Assembly (NCBI GenBank): GCA_021787855.1
Contig: JAJYLI010000002.1
Location: 1-49,961, forward strand
Length of the DNA stretch: 49,961 nt
From: a bacterium
GTDB lineage: Bacteria > Gemmatimonadota > Gemmatimonadetes > Gemmatimonadales > JACORV01
Reading direction: 5' to 3'
Of the stretch, positions 24,217 through 32,775 are shown in pieces (the first letter of the stretch is position 1; each line of letters opens with the position of its first letter). Position numbers and translations under genes: made by a program. The notes beneath the pieces were generated by a model that worked only from the letters and a program-made list of their open reading frames with translations, was not told the DNA's origin and searched no databases.

Positions 24217-25611
24217 CTACCCCGCGTCCAGGCCGTACTTCTCGAGCCGGTAGCGCAGCGTGTCCCGGGTCAGGCGCAGCAGCCTCGCCGCGCGCGTCTT
24301 GTTGCCGCGCGCCGCGTCGAGTGCCTGAGCGATGAGCGTCCGCTCGACCTGCTCCAGATCCACGCCCCCGGCGGGCAGCGCGAAGCCGGCACCGTCGCCA
24401 CACGGGGCCGCGGGGTCGGCCGCGCCGAGGAGCCGGACCTCGAGGGGCAGCTGCTCGACGGTGATTTCCCCGCCCTCCTCCAGCAGCAGCAGCCGCTCGA
24501 CCACGTTCCGCAGCTCGCGCGCATTGCCCGGCCAGCGGTACGCCTCCAGGCAGGCGAGCGTCTCGGCCGCCAGGCGCGGCGGCGCGCGGTGGAATTCACG
24601 GCTCAGCTCGTCGAGGAAGTGCAGGGCGAGGGGCGCGACGTCCTCGGGACGCTCCCGGAGCGGCGGCAGGACCTGCGGGAGCACGTTGATCCGGTAGTAC
24701 AGGTCGGGCCGGAAGGCGTTCTGGCGCGCGGCGAGCGCCAGGTCGCGGTTGGTCGCGGCGATGATCCGCACGTCCACCTCGAGATCCGCCAGCCCGCCGA
24801 CGCGCCGGAAGGTGCGCGTCTCCAGGAAGCTCAGCAGCTTGGCCTGGACGCCCAGGGGGATGTCGCCGATCTCGTCCAGCAGGACCGTCCCGCCGTCGGC
24901 CAGCTCCAGGAGACCGCGCTTCTTCTCGCGGGCGTCGGAGAAGGCGCCCCGTTCGTGGCCGAACAGCTCCGACTCGTAGAGGTTCTCGGGGATCGCCGTG
25001 CAGGTCACGCGCAGGAACGGCGCATCGCGCCGCGGGCTGCGGTCGTGGATGGTCCGGGCGATCACGTCCTTGCCGGTGCCGCTCTCCCCCTGCAGCAGCA
25101 CCGTCGCCGGATCGGCGCCGGCGACCTTCTCGACCCAGTCCAACACGGCGCGCATCGCCGCCGACCGCGCGACCACGGTCGCCGACGCCGAGTCCCAGCG
25201 ATGCATCTCGCGCAGGCCGTCCACCTGGTGGCGCAGCCGCCAGGCTTCCAGCGCCTTGTCCAGGATGACGAGCAGCTGCTCGAACGACAGTGGCTTCTGC
25301 AGGAACTGGTAGGCGCCCGCCTTGACCGCGGCGACGGCGGTCTCGATCTCGCCGTAGGCCGTCATGATGATGACCGGCATCTCGCGGTCGAATCGGTGCA
25401 GCTGCTCCAGCGCGTCGAGGCCGTTGGTGTCGGGAAGCCGGAGGTCGAGCAGCACCAGCGAGGGCGCCTCCGCGGCGGCCAGCCGCAGCGCTTCCGCGCG
25501 GGAGCCCGCGACGCACACCTCGAAGCCCGCCCCCCGGAGCTGCTCCCCCAGCCACAGGCGCAGCAGCTCCTCGTCGTCCACGACCAGGATCTTCGCCCGC
25601 CGCATCTTCAC
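24217..25611 (-). CDS. sigma54-dependent response regulator (NtrC family: REC, AAA+, Fis-type HTH)
   Basis: 464 aa. Motifs ILVVDDE...LVLLDLRLPD, Walker A GESGTGKD, GAFSDA (a GAFTGA variant) and LLDEIGD. C-terminal HTH GNKTRAARLLRLTRDTLRYRL. Confidence 0.93.
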   Translation of the reverse strand: MKMRRAKILVVDDEELLRLWLGEQLRGAGFEVCVAGSRAEALRLAAAEAPSLVLLDLRLPDTNGLDALEQLHRFDREMPVIIMTAYGEIETAVAAVKAGAYQFLQKPLSFEQLLVILDKALEAWRLRHQVDGLREMHRWDSASATVVARSAAMRAVLDWVEKVAGADPATVLLQGESGTGKDVIARTIHDRSPRRDAPFLRVTCTAIPENLYESELFGHERGAFSDAREKKRGLLELADGGTVLLDEIGDIPLGVQAKLLSFLETRTFRRVGGLADLEVDVRIIAATNRDLALAARQNAFRPDLYYRINVLPQVLPPLRERPEDVAPLALHFLDELSREFHRAPPRLAAETLACLEAYRWPGNARELRNVVERLLLLEEGGEITVEQLPLEVRLLGAADPAAPCGDGAGFALPAGGVDLEQVERTLIAQALDAARGNKTRAARLLRLTRDTLRYRLEKYGLDAG

Positions 25612-27470
25612 GCCTCACCTCCGTTGCCCCCGGGGGCCGCGGCCACCGGCAGGAACACCACGAACTCCGCCCCGGTCGCGCCCGGCCCGTCGGCCAGCGC
25701 CACGCGCCCGCCGTGCAGGTCCACGATCTGGCGCACGATGGCCAGCCCCAGGCCGGTCCCCGCGTGCTTCGTGGTGTAGAACGGCCGGAAAATCCGCTCG
25801 CGCTCCTCGGCCGCCACGCCCGGCCCCGTGTCGCGCACCGACAGCTCCACGCCGCCCTCCGCGCGCCGGGTCGCGACCACCAGCTCGCCGCCGTTCCGCA
25901 TCGCCTCGACGGCGTTGAGAACCAGGTTGACGACCACCTGGCCCATCTGGTCCGGATCGGCGAGCACCGGTGGCAGCGCGTCCGCCAGCGCGCGCCGCAC
26001 CCGCACCGCCGACCGTTCCGCCCGCGGAGCGGCGAGCGCGAGGGCGCGCTCCACGATGGCGTTGAGGTCGAGGCGCGACGGCCGCGCCGGCGACGGGCGG
26101 GCGTAGCTCAGCAGCCCCTGCACCGCCGCCTCCATCCGCCCGACCCGCTCCCGCAGCTCGTGCAGCAACCGGCGGCCCTCCGCGTCGGCGGCCCCGACGT
26201 GGCTGCCCAGCAGCTCGACGCCGCCGGCGATCCCCAGCAGCGGGGACTTCAGCTCGTGCGCCACCCCCGCCGCCAGCTCGCCGACCGTCGCCAGCTGCTC
26301 CGCCCGGCGCATGTGCTCCCGGTGCAGGTCCCGGAGGCGGGCGGCCGATTCCCGCAGCTGCGCCGCCATGGCGTTGAAGCGCCCGGCCAGGAGCCCCAGC
26401 TCGTCGTGCTGCGCGACCGCCACCGACGCCTCAAGATCGCCGCTCGCGATCCGCTCCGTCGCGCCGACCAGCGCGTAGACCGGCCGCACCAGACCGCGCG
26501 AGACGATCCAGGCCGCCGCGATCACCACCAGCACGAAGACCGCGCCCAGCAGCACCGACAGCCGCCGCAGCCCCCGCAGCCCCCCGACGGCCGCCTGCAC
26601 CGGGATCTCGGCGACAAACCGCAGCGGGTAGCCCGGCACGGCGTGCTCGCCGCCGATGACCTCCGTTCCGTCGCCGCTGCGGTAGCGCACGATCCCCGCC
26701 GCCAGCGCGCGGTACGACGGCAGCGCCTGGCCGTAGTCCACCGGCCCCCCGGGCGACGACACCAGGACCGGCAGGCCCGACGAATCCACGATGGACCCCT
26801 CCACGGCCCCCGCGAGCAGCGCCGGGATCTGGAGCGCGGGGCCGATGGCCGCCGTGGCCACCACGCCCACCACCACCACCGGCCGCGTCGCGTCCGGCGC
26901 GAACAGGTCGGCCGCGAAGAGCAGCCGCGGTGCCGGCGGCGCGCCGACACGCTCCACGGCGAACGCCTGCCCGCCGGCCGCGCGCGCCAGGACCTCGGCG
27001 TCCCGCCACCGCACCCCCGAGGCGAACCGCGGCGAGGCGGCGACGACGATCCGCGCGGGATCCACCAGTTCCAGGGCCGTGAACACCTGAAGCTGCCGGC
27101 GCAGCACTTCCAGCTCCTCGGCGGCGAGCGCGCTGGCCCCGCTCAGCGCCAGCGGCCGAATCGTCGAATCCCGGAGCGCGGACGCGCTCGCGATCAGCAG
27201 CCGGTCGTTCCGCGCCGCCGACGTGAGCCCCAACAGCAATCGCTCGATCTCGTCGCGCACGTGATGCGCCTGCACCGCCGCGAGCGCGTCCAGGTCGCGC
27301 TCCGCCAGCCGGTGGATGATCCGGCTGCTCGCCAGGTACCCGATGGTGTTGGAAGCGAACAGCGGAACGAGCGAGAGCAGCAGCAGCCAGGCCAGCATCC
27401 GCTGGCCCAGCGCGCTCAACAGCGGGTTCTCACGCCACAGCATCCGCCAGCCGGAACCGCCACGCCCCAT
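25608..27470 (-). CDS. sensor histidine kinase (2 TM, roughly 270-aa periplasmic domain, HAMP, HisKA, HATPase_c)
   Basis: H-box AAGVAHELKSPL, N-box VVNLVLNAVEAM, G-boxes RDTGPGV and GTGLGLAIV. The stop overlaps the regulator start. ATG 27470 has GGGAG upstream, 27443 is an alternative, and 27569 is the ORF-caller start. Confidence 0.88.
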   Translation of the reverse strand: MGRGGSGWRMLWRENPLLSALGQRMLAWLLLLSLVPLFASNTIGYLASSRIIHRLAERDLDALAAVQAHHVRDEIERLLLGLTSAARNDRLLIASASALRDSTIRPLALSGASALAAEELEVLRRQLQVFTALELVDPARIVVAASPRFASGVRWRDAEVLARAAGGQAFAVERVGAPPAPRLLFAADLFAPDATRPVVVVGVVATAAIGPALQIPALLAGAVEGSIVDSSGLPVLVSSPGGPVDYGQALPSYRALAAGIVRYRSGDGTEVIGGEHAVPGYPLRFVAEIPVQAAVGGLRGLRRLSVLLGAVFVLVVIAAAWIVSRGLVRPVYALVGATERIASGDLEASVAVAQHDELGLLAGRFNAMAAQLRESAARLRDLHREHMRRAEQLATVGELAAGVAHELKSPLLGIAGGVELLGSHVGAADAEGRRLLHELRERVGRMEAAVQGLLSYARPSPARPSRLDLNAIVERALALAAPRAERSAVRVRRALADALPPVLADPDQMGQVVVNLVLNAVEAMRNGGELVVATRRAEGGVELSVRDTGPGVAAEERERIFRPFYTTKHAGTGLGLAIVRQIVDLHGGRVALADGPGATGAEFVVFLPVAAAPGGNGGEA

Positions 27471-27553
27471 GCCACCGCTCCCTGTGCGGCCGGTGAATTC
27501 CCCCGCATCACATGGGCCATTAAAACAGTCGGGTTTGGATTCCCGCCCACACC

Positions 27554-27567
27554 GGGGGTTTTCCCCC
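27554..27567. promoter_or_regulatory. palindrome GGGGGTTTTCCCCC (candidate enhancer/UAS), with related half-sites at 27495-27506 and 27537-27548
   Basis: Lies about 85-90 bp upstream of the TGGCAC at 27645. Its core is the same as the 24195-24208 palindrome GGGGGATTTCCCCC. Confidence 0.45.
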
Positions 27568-27644
27568 ACCAGGATCCGGCATCACGTCCGGCCTCGGCTC
27601 GCCTAATCACCGACGCCGCAACGGGTTCGTGATGTGCAGAACGC

Positions 27645-27660
27645 TGGCACCCAACCTGCC
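27645..27660 (+). promoter_or_regulatory. sigma54 (-24/-12) promoter candidate for the pentaheme-MopB-FeS-NrfD-tetraheme operon
   Basis: TGGCACccaacCTGCC has a perfect -24 hexamer and canonical GG/GC spacing. It lies 140 nt upstream of GTG 27790. Confidence 0.7.
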
Positions 27661-27789
27661 AAGGGGCCGTCGCGGCGGGCAGATGCGGTGGTGATCCTGG
27701 CCAGGACCGAGCGGACGGGTGGGGCATAGTGCCCGGATGAGGAACCCAGCTCCGCCAAGGCCATCTCCGGACGGACGGAGGGCGGGCGC

Positions 27790-28293
27790 GTGAGGGCGTG
27801 GTTGACGGGTGGCGCGGCGGGAATCGCGATCGGGATCGCCGTGGCGGTCACCGCGGCGCGGTGGGCGGGCGCGGTGACGCAGCCCGTCGCCTTCGACCAC
27901 CGGAAGCACACCCAGGATCTGAAGCTCGACTGCGCGCTGTGTCACCCGAACGTCGCGGTCGGGCAGCATCCCGGGCTGCCGTCGGTGGAGATCTGCGCGA
28001 TGTGCCACCAGACCAGGCTGGGGACGTCCAGCGCGTCGGCACAGGTGACCGGGTACGTCACGAGCGGGCGGCCGCTGGTCTTCCGCAAGCTGTTCGGCCT
28101 GCCGCCGTACGTGTTCTTCACGCACCGCCGGCACGTGGCGATCGCGAAGCTGCCGTGCGCCGACTGCCACGGCGACATCGCCCTGACCACCACGCCGCCG
28201 CGCCGCCCTCTGGTCACGATCACGATGAACTTCTGTCTCCACTGTCACCTCAAGATGCATCAGAGCACCGACTGCATCGCCTGCCACCGCTGA
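27790..28293 (+). CDS. membrane-anchored pentaheme cytochrome c (c3/c7-class; ActA/QrcA-like)
   Basis: GGAGGG lies 8 nt upstream of the GTG. N-terminal TM segment. Five CXXCH motifs (CALCH, CAMCH, CADCH, CLHCH, CIACH) plus distal His motifs (FDHRKH, FTHRRH). Confidence 0.9.
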   Translation: MRAWLTGGAAGIAIGIAVAVTAARWAGAVTQPVAFDHRKHTQDLKLDCALCHPNVAVGQHPGLPSVEICAMCHQTRLGTSSASAQVTGYVTSGRPLVFRKLFGLPPYVFFTHRRHVAIAKLPCADCHGDIALTTTPPRRPLVTITMNFCLHCHLKMHQSTDCIACHR

Positions 28294-28301
28294 GGCCGCG
28301 C

Positions 28302-30713
28302 GTGAGCTTCGATCGTCGCCAGTTCCTGTTCGCCCTCGGCGGCGGCGTCGTAGCCGGGGCCGGTCTGTCCGAGATCGCGGCCGGCCTGGCCGCGCCCACC
28401 GGCCTGCTCGGTCCCGTGCCCGTGCCGCATCCGGCCTGGGCCCCGGGGGTGGAGCAGCGCGTCGCTTCCGCGTGCCTCGTCTGCCCGTCGCGCTGCGGCA
28501 TCCGCGGCCGGATCGTGGACGGGCGCCTGGTCCGGATTGACGGCAACCCGCTGCACCCCCTGAGCCAGGGGGGCCTCTGCCCGCGGGGCGCCGCGGGGGT
28601 CCAGATGCAGTACTCCCCCGGCCGGCTGACGGCGCCGCTGCTGCGGGCGGGGCCGCGGGGCGCGGGCCGGTGGCGCCCGCTGTCGTGGGATGGCGCGGTG
28701 AGCCTGCTGGTGGAGCGGCTGGGGCGGCTGCGCGCGGCGGGCGGGCCGCAGGCGGCGGCGGTGCTCGCCGGCTACTGCGCCGGCTCGATGGAGGACCTGT
28801 GGCGGCAGTTCCTCCGGGCCTACGGCTCGGCGAACTACGCCGCGGACGCGTACGCGGACGGCGGCGACGCGGTCATGGCCGCCATGCACGGCGTCGCGCG
28901 GCGCCCGGCCTACGACCTCGACCGCGCCACGCTGGTCCTGTCGTTCGGCGCGCCGCTGTTCGAGGCGTGGTGGTCCCCGGTGCAGGCGGCGGTCGCGTAC
29001 GGACGCACCGAGCGCATCCGGGAGGGGGCACCGCGCCCGCGCTTCGTCCAGGTGGATACCCGGTTCTCCCGCACCGCGGCGCGGTCGTCCGAGTGGATCG
29101 GCGTGCGGCCGCGGACCCACGCGATCCTGGCGCTGGGCATCGCCTACGTGCTGATCCGCGAGGCGCTGGTGGACGCCGATTTCCTCGCGGCGCACGTGTC
29201 CGGCTACGAGGACTGGAGCGACGCCGCGGGCGGTCACGAGGGCTACCGCACGGCCGTGCTGCGCCGCTATCGCACCGAGGAAGTCTCCGCCGCCACCGGC
29301 GTCAGCGTGGAGCGGATCGTCGGGCTGGCGCGGGCCTTCGCGGCGGGCCCGCGGTCGCTGGCCATCTGCGGCCCCGATGTCACGCTGGCCCCCGACGGCC
29401 TGCTCGCGGGGCTGGCCGTGCACAGTCTCAATGTGCTGGTGGGGAGCGTCAGCCGCCCGGGCGGCGTGCTGGTGGGCGAGGATCCGCCGCTCGCGCCGAT
29501 CGCCGCGGTCACGCTGGACGACGTCGCGCGGCGCGGCCTGGCCCACGGGCCCCTGGCGGCGGGCGCGCCGTTCGGGGAGGGAGGGGGGGAAACCGGGGCC
29601 GAGCGAGGCGCCGCGCTCGCCGAGGCCATCGCCGCGCGGAGCCCGGGGAGCGTACAGGCGCTGCTGCTCTACTACGCCAACCCGCTCGCCTCCGCCACCC
29701 GCCCGGAGCGCTGGGCCGCCGCGCTCGCGCGCGTGCCGCTGGTGGTGAGCTTCTCGCCGTTCCACGACGAGACCACGCGCCAGGCGGACCTGATCATCCC
29801 GGACCTCCTGCCGTACGAGCGCTGGCAGGACGCGCCGGCGCCGGCCTCGTACCCCTACCCGGCGTGGGCCGTCGTGCGCCCGCTGGTGGCGCCGCCCACC
29901 GGCGCGCTCGGCACCGCGGACGTGCTGCTCGCGGTGGCCAACCGCCTGGGCGGCACCGTGGCCGCGAGCCTGCCTCATCCCGACATGCACGCGCTGCTCA
30001 AGGCCCGCGCCCGCGGCCTGTTCGCGGCGCGGCGCGGGATGCCGTTCGGCGACGCCTTCGCCACCGAGTACCAGCGCCAGATGGAGGAGCGCGGCTGGTG
30101 GCTGGGCGGCGGCGCGCCGGCCGGGGGCGGGGGCGGCTTCGACGCCTTCTGGACCCGCGTGGTCGAAAGCGGCGGCTGGGCGGACCCGTTCTACGACTAC
30201 ACGGACGGCGGCCGGATGCGCCGCACGCCGAGCGGCAGGATCGAGCTGATGCCCGCCGACGTGCGGCGCCGCCTCCAGCCGGACGCCGGCCCGTACGACT
30301 TCATCGCGCGCGCCGAGCCGCCCGCGCCGGCCGGATACCCGCTGCGCCTTCAGCCGTACCGCGTCTCCACGCTCGCGTCGGGCACCATCGGGCTCGAGCC
30401 GTGGCTCGCCGAGCGGCCGGCGCTGTTCCCCGACGTGTACTGGGTACCGTGGGTGGAGGTGAACCCCGCCACGGCCCGCTCCCTCGGCCTCGAGGACGGC
30501 GCGCCGGCCTGGGTGACTTCGGCCCACGGCCGCTACCGGGCCCGGGTCAAGCACTTCCCCGGCGCCGCCCGCGACGTGGTGAACGCGCCGTACGGCCTGC
30601 GGCACCCGGACGGCGAGCTGGCCAATCCGCTCCAGCTCCTCGACGGGGCGGCCGATCCGCTCACGGGGCTGTCCTCGTGGGCCACCACGTTCGTCCACCT
30701 CGAGCGGGCCTGA
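28302..30713 (+). CDS. Tat-exported molybdopterin-oxidoreductase-family (MopB) large subunit
   Basis: GTG at 28302. Tat motif DRRQFLF. FS0 motif C-x2-C-x3-C-x27-C (CLVCPSRCG...GGLCPRG). About 800 aa. The upstream part of ORF 27798..30713 overlaps the pentaheme gene out of frame. Confidence 0.88.
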   Translation: MSFDRRQFLFALGGGVVAGAGLSEIAAGLAAPTGLLGPVPVPHPAWAPGVEQRVASACLVCPSRCGIRGRIVDGRLVRIDGNPLHPLSQGGLCPRGAAGVQMQYSPGRLTAPLLRAGPRGAGRWRPLSWDGAVSLLVERLGRLRAAGGPQAAAVLAGYCAGSMEDLWRQFLRAYGSANYAADAYADGGDAVMAAMHGVARRPAYDLDRATLVLSFGAPLFEAWWSPVQAAVAYGRTERIREGAPRPRFVQVDTRFSRTAARSSEWIGVRPRTHAILALGIAYVLIREALVDADFLAAHVSGYEDWSDAAGGHEGYRTAVLRRYRTEEVSAATGVSVERIVGLARAFAAGPRSLAICGPDVTLAPDGLLAGLAVHSLNVLVGSVSRPGGVLVGEDPPLAPIAAVTLDDVARRGLAHGPLAAGAPFGEGGGETGAERGAALAEAIAARSPGSVQALLLYYANPLASATRPERWAAALARVPLVVSFSPFHDETTRQADLIIPDLLPYERWQDAPAPASYPYPAWAVVRPLVAPPTGALGTADVLLAVANRLGGTVAASLPHPDMHALLKARARGLFAARRGMPFGDAFATEYQRQMEERGWWLGGGAPAGGGGGFDAFWTRVVESGGWADPFYDYTDGGRMRRTPSGRIELMPADVRRRLQPDAGPYDFIARAEPPAPAGYPLRLQPYRVSTLASGTIGLEPWLAERPALFPDVYWVPWVEVNPATARSLGLEDGAPAWVTSAHGRYRARVKHFPGAARDVVNAPYGLRHPDGELANPLQLLDGAADPLTGLSSWATTFVHLERA

Positions 30714-30734
30714 GCCCGGGGAGGAAAGCCGCCG

Positions 30735-31418
30735 ATGCCACGCTGGGGGATGGTGATTGACCTCGACCGCTGCACCGGCTGCGCCGCGTGCGAGGTCGCC
30801 TGCAAGAGCGAGAACAACATCGCCACGGTGCGGCCCGATCAGGCCGACATGGGGCGCGCCATGAGCTGGATGAAGGTGGAGACGAAGATCGAGGGCGACT
30901 TCCCCGACACCCGCCTCAGCTTCGCGCCCCGGCCGTGCATGCAGTGCGACAACCCCCCGTGCGTGAAGGTCTGCCCCGTGTCGGCGACCTACCTGAGCCC
31001 GGAGGGCATCGTCGGCCAGATCTACCCGCGCTGCATCGGCTGCCGGTACTGCGCCAACGCCTGCCCCTACACCGCCAAGTACTTCAACTGGTTCGCCCCC
31101 GCGTGGCCCGACAGCGAGCGCGCGCACCTGGACCCCGATGTCTCCGTCCGGCCCAGGGGTGTCATGGAGAAGTGCACGTTCTGCGACCACCGGCTCCAGC
31201 AGGCGAAGGAGAACGCGCGCGCCGCGGGCCGGCCCCTGCGCGAATCGGACTTCCAGCCGGCCTGCGCGGACGCGTGCCCCACGCGCGCCATCGTGTTCGG
31301 GGACCTGGACAACCCGGCGCACCGGGTGAGCACGCTCAAGAACGACCCGCGCGCGACGCGCCTCATGGAATCGCTGGGTACCGAGCCCAAGGTCTACTAC
31401 CTCACCCAGAAGGCCTGA
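30735..31418 (+). CDS. 4Fe-4S ferredoxin-type subunit (NrfC/PsrB/QrcC/ActB2-like)
   Basis: GGAGG upstream. Motifs MVIDLDRCTGCAACEVACKSEN, CMQCDNPPCVKVCP, CIGCRYCANACP, CTFCDHR and CADACP. Confidence 0.92.
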   Translation: MPRWGMVIDLDRCTGCAACEVACKSENNIATVRPDQADMGRAMSWMKVETKIEGDFPDTRLSFAPRPCMQCDNPPCVKVCPVSATYLSPEGIVGQIYPRCIGCRYCANACPYTAKYFNWFAPAWPDSERAHLDPDVSVRPRGVMEKCTFCDHRLQQAKENARAAGRPLRESDFQPACADACPTRAIVFGDLDNPAHRVSTLKNDPRATRLMESLGTEPKVYYLTQKA

Positions 31419-31419
31419 C

Positions 31420-32775
31420 GTGGACGACGCCGAAACCAAGCTCCGCGCGCTCCCCGAGGACGCCCGCACCCTGCTGCGGCCGCTGATCCACACGACCTGG
31501 CGGTTCTATCTCGCCGCCAGCCTGCTGGGCGCCGTGACCCTGTGGGGCATCGGCGCCTACGTCCTGCAGTTCCGCCACGGCCTGGGCGAGACCGGCCTCA
31601 ACCGGCCGGAGTACTGGGGCATCTACATCATTGATTTCGTCTTCTTCATCGGCATCAGCCACGCCGGGACGCTGATCAGCGCCATCCTCAGGATCAGCAA
31701 GGCGGAGTGGCGCCGCGCGATCACCCGCTCCGCCGAGTTCATCACCGTGCTGGTGATCGGCTTCGGGGCCATCCAGCCCATCGTGGACCTCGGGCGCCCC
31801 GACCGGCTGCTGAACATCTTCGCCCACGCGCACCTGCGCTCGCCGCTGCTGTGGGACGTCATGAGCATCTGCTTCTACCTGACCGCCAGCACGATCTACC
31901 TCTACCTGCCGATGCTGCCCGACCTGGCCATCATCCGGGACGCCGAGATCAAGGCGCCGCGGTTCTACCGCTTCCTGGCGGCCGGCTACCGCGACACGCC
32001 GGAGCAGCGGCGGCGGCTGGAGAAGGTGATCGGCGTCCTGGCCATCGTGGTGATCCCCATCGCCGTCTCGGTGCACACGGTGATCGGGTGGATCTTCGCG
32101 ATGACCCTGCGACCGATGTGGCACTCGACCATCTTCGGCCCGTACTTCGTGGTCGGCGCCATCTACTCCGGCATCGCGGCGCTGCTGGTGGCCATGGTCA
32201 TCCTGCGCCGCGTCTATCACCTCGAGCGCTACTTCAAGCCGGTGCACTTCGACTACATGGGCCGGCTGCTGCTGCTGTTCAGCCTGCTGTGGCTGTACTT
32301 CACGTTCGCCGAGTACCTCACGGCCTTCTACGGCAGCGAGCCCGCCGAGATGCGCACGTTCTGGGCGCGCATCTCGGGGCCGTTCGCCGTGCCGTTCTGG
32401 CTGATGGCCTTCTGCTGCTTCGTCCTGCCCTTCGCCCTGATGTGCCGGAAGGCGATGCGCGCGCCCACCGGCACCCTGATCGCGGGGATCGCGGTGGTGA
32501 TCGGCATGTGGCTGGAGCGGTTCAACATCGTGGTGCCGACCTCGGTGAACCCGCGGTTCGACCTCGAGCCGGTGGCCCACTACTTCCCCTCGGGGGTGGA
32601 GCTGTCCATCCTGGCCGCCACGTTCAGCGGGTTCATCCTGCTGTACATGGTCGCCACGAAGTTCTTCCCGATCATCTCCATCTGGGAGATCCGCGAGGGG
32701 CGGGAGGTGTCGGTGCGCGAGGTGGCCGAGCGCGTGGCCGACTACCTGCCGACCGAGTCCGCGGAGGCGGCCTGA
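31420..32775 (+). CDS. NrfD/PsrC-family quinone-interacting membrane subunit (long ActC/QrcD-like form)
   Basis: 451 aa and polytopic. The motif WGIYIIDFVFFIGISHAGTLISAILRISKAEWRR is typical of the NrfD family. Confidence 0.9.
   Translation: MDDAETKLRALPEDARTLLRPLIHTTWRFYLAASLLGAVTLWGIGAYVLQFRHGLGETGLNRPEYWGIYIIDFVFFIGISHAGTLISAILRISKAEWRRAITRSAEFITVLVIGFGAIQPIVDLGRPDRLLNIFAHAHLRSPLLWDVMSICFYLTASTIYLYLPMLPDLAIIRDAEIKAPRFYRFLAAGYRDTPEQRRRLEKVIGVLAIVVIPIAVSVHTVIGWIFAMTLRPMWHSTIFGPYFVVGAIYSGIAALLVAMVILRRVYHLERYFKPVHFDYMGRLLLLFSLLWLYFTFAEYLTAFYGSEPAEMRTFWARISGPFAVPFWLMAFCCFVLPFALMCRKAMRAPTGTLIAGIAVVIGMWLERFNIVVPTSVNPRFDLEPVAHYFPSGVELSILAATFSGFILLYMVATKFFPIISIWEIREGREVSVREVAERVADYLPTESAEAA

Noticed and set aside
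28260-31493. 1077-aa minus-strand ORF, and similar antisense ORFs at 2861..4609, 6254..8257, 5217..6749, 32742..34919 and 44453..46534
   Set aside because: Each overlaps a strongly supported gene on the opposite strand or in another frame, and each has a low-complexity R/G/P/A-rich translation. They are artefacts of GC-rich sequence.
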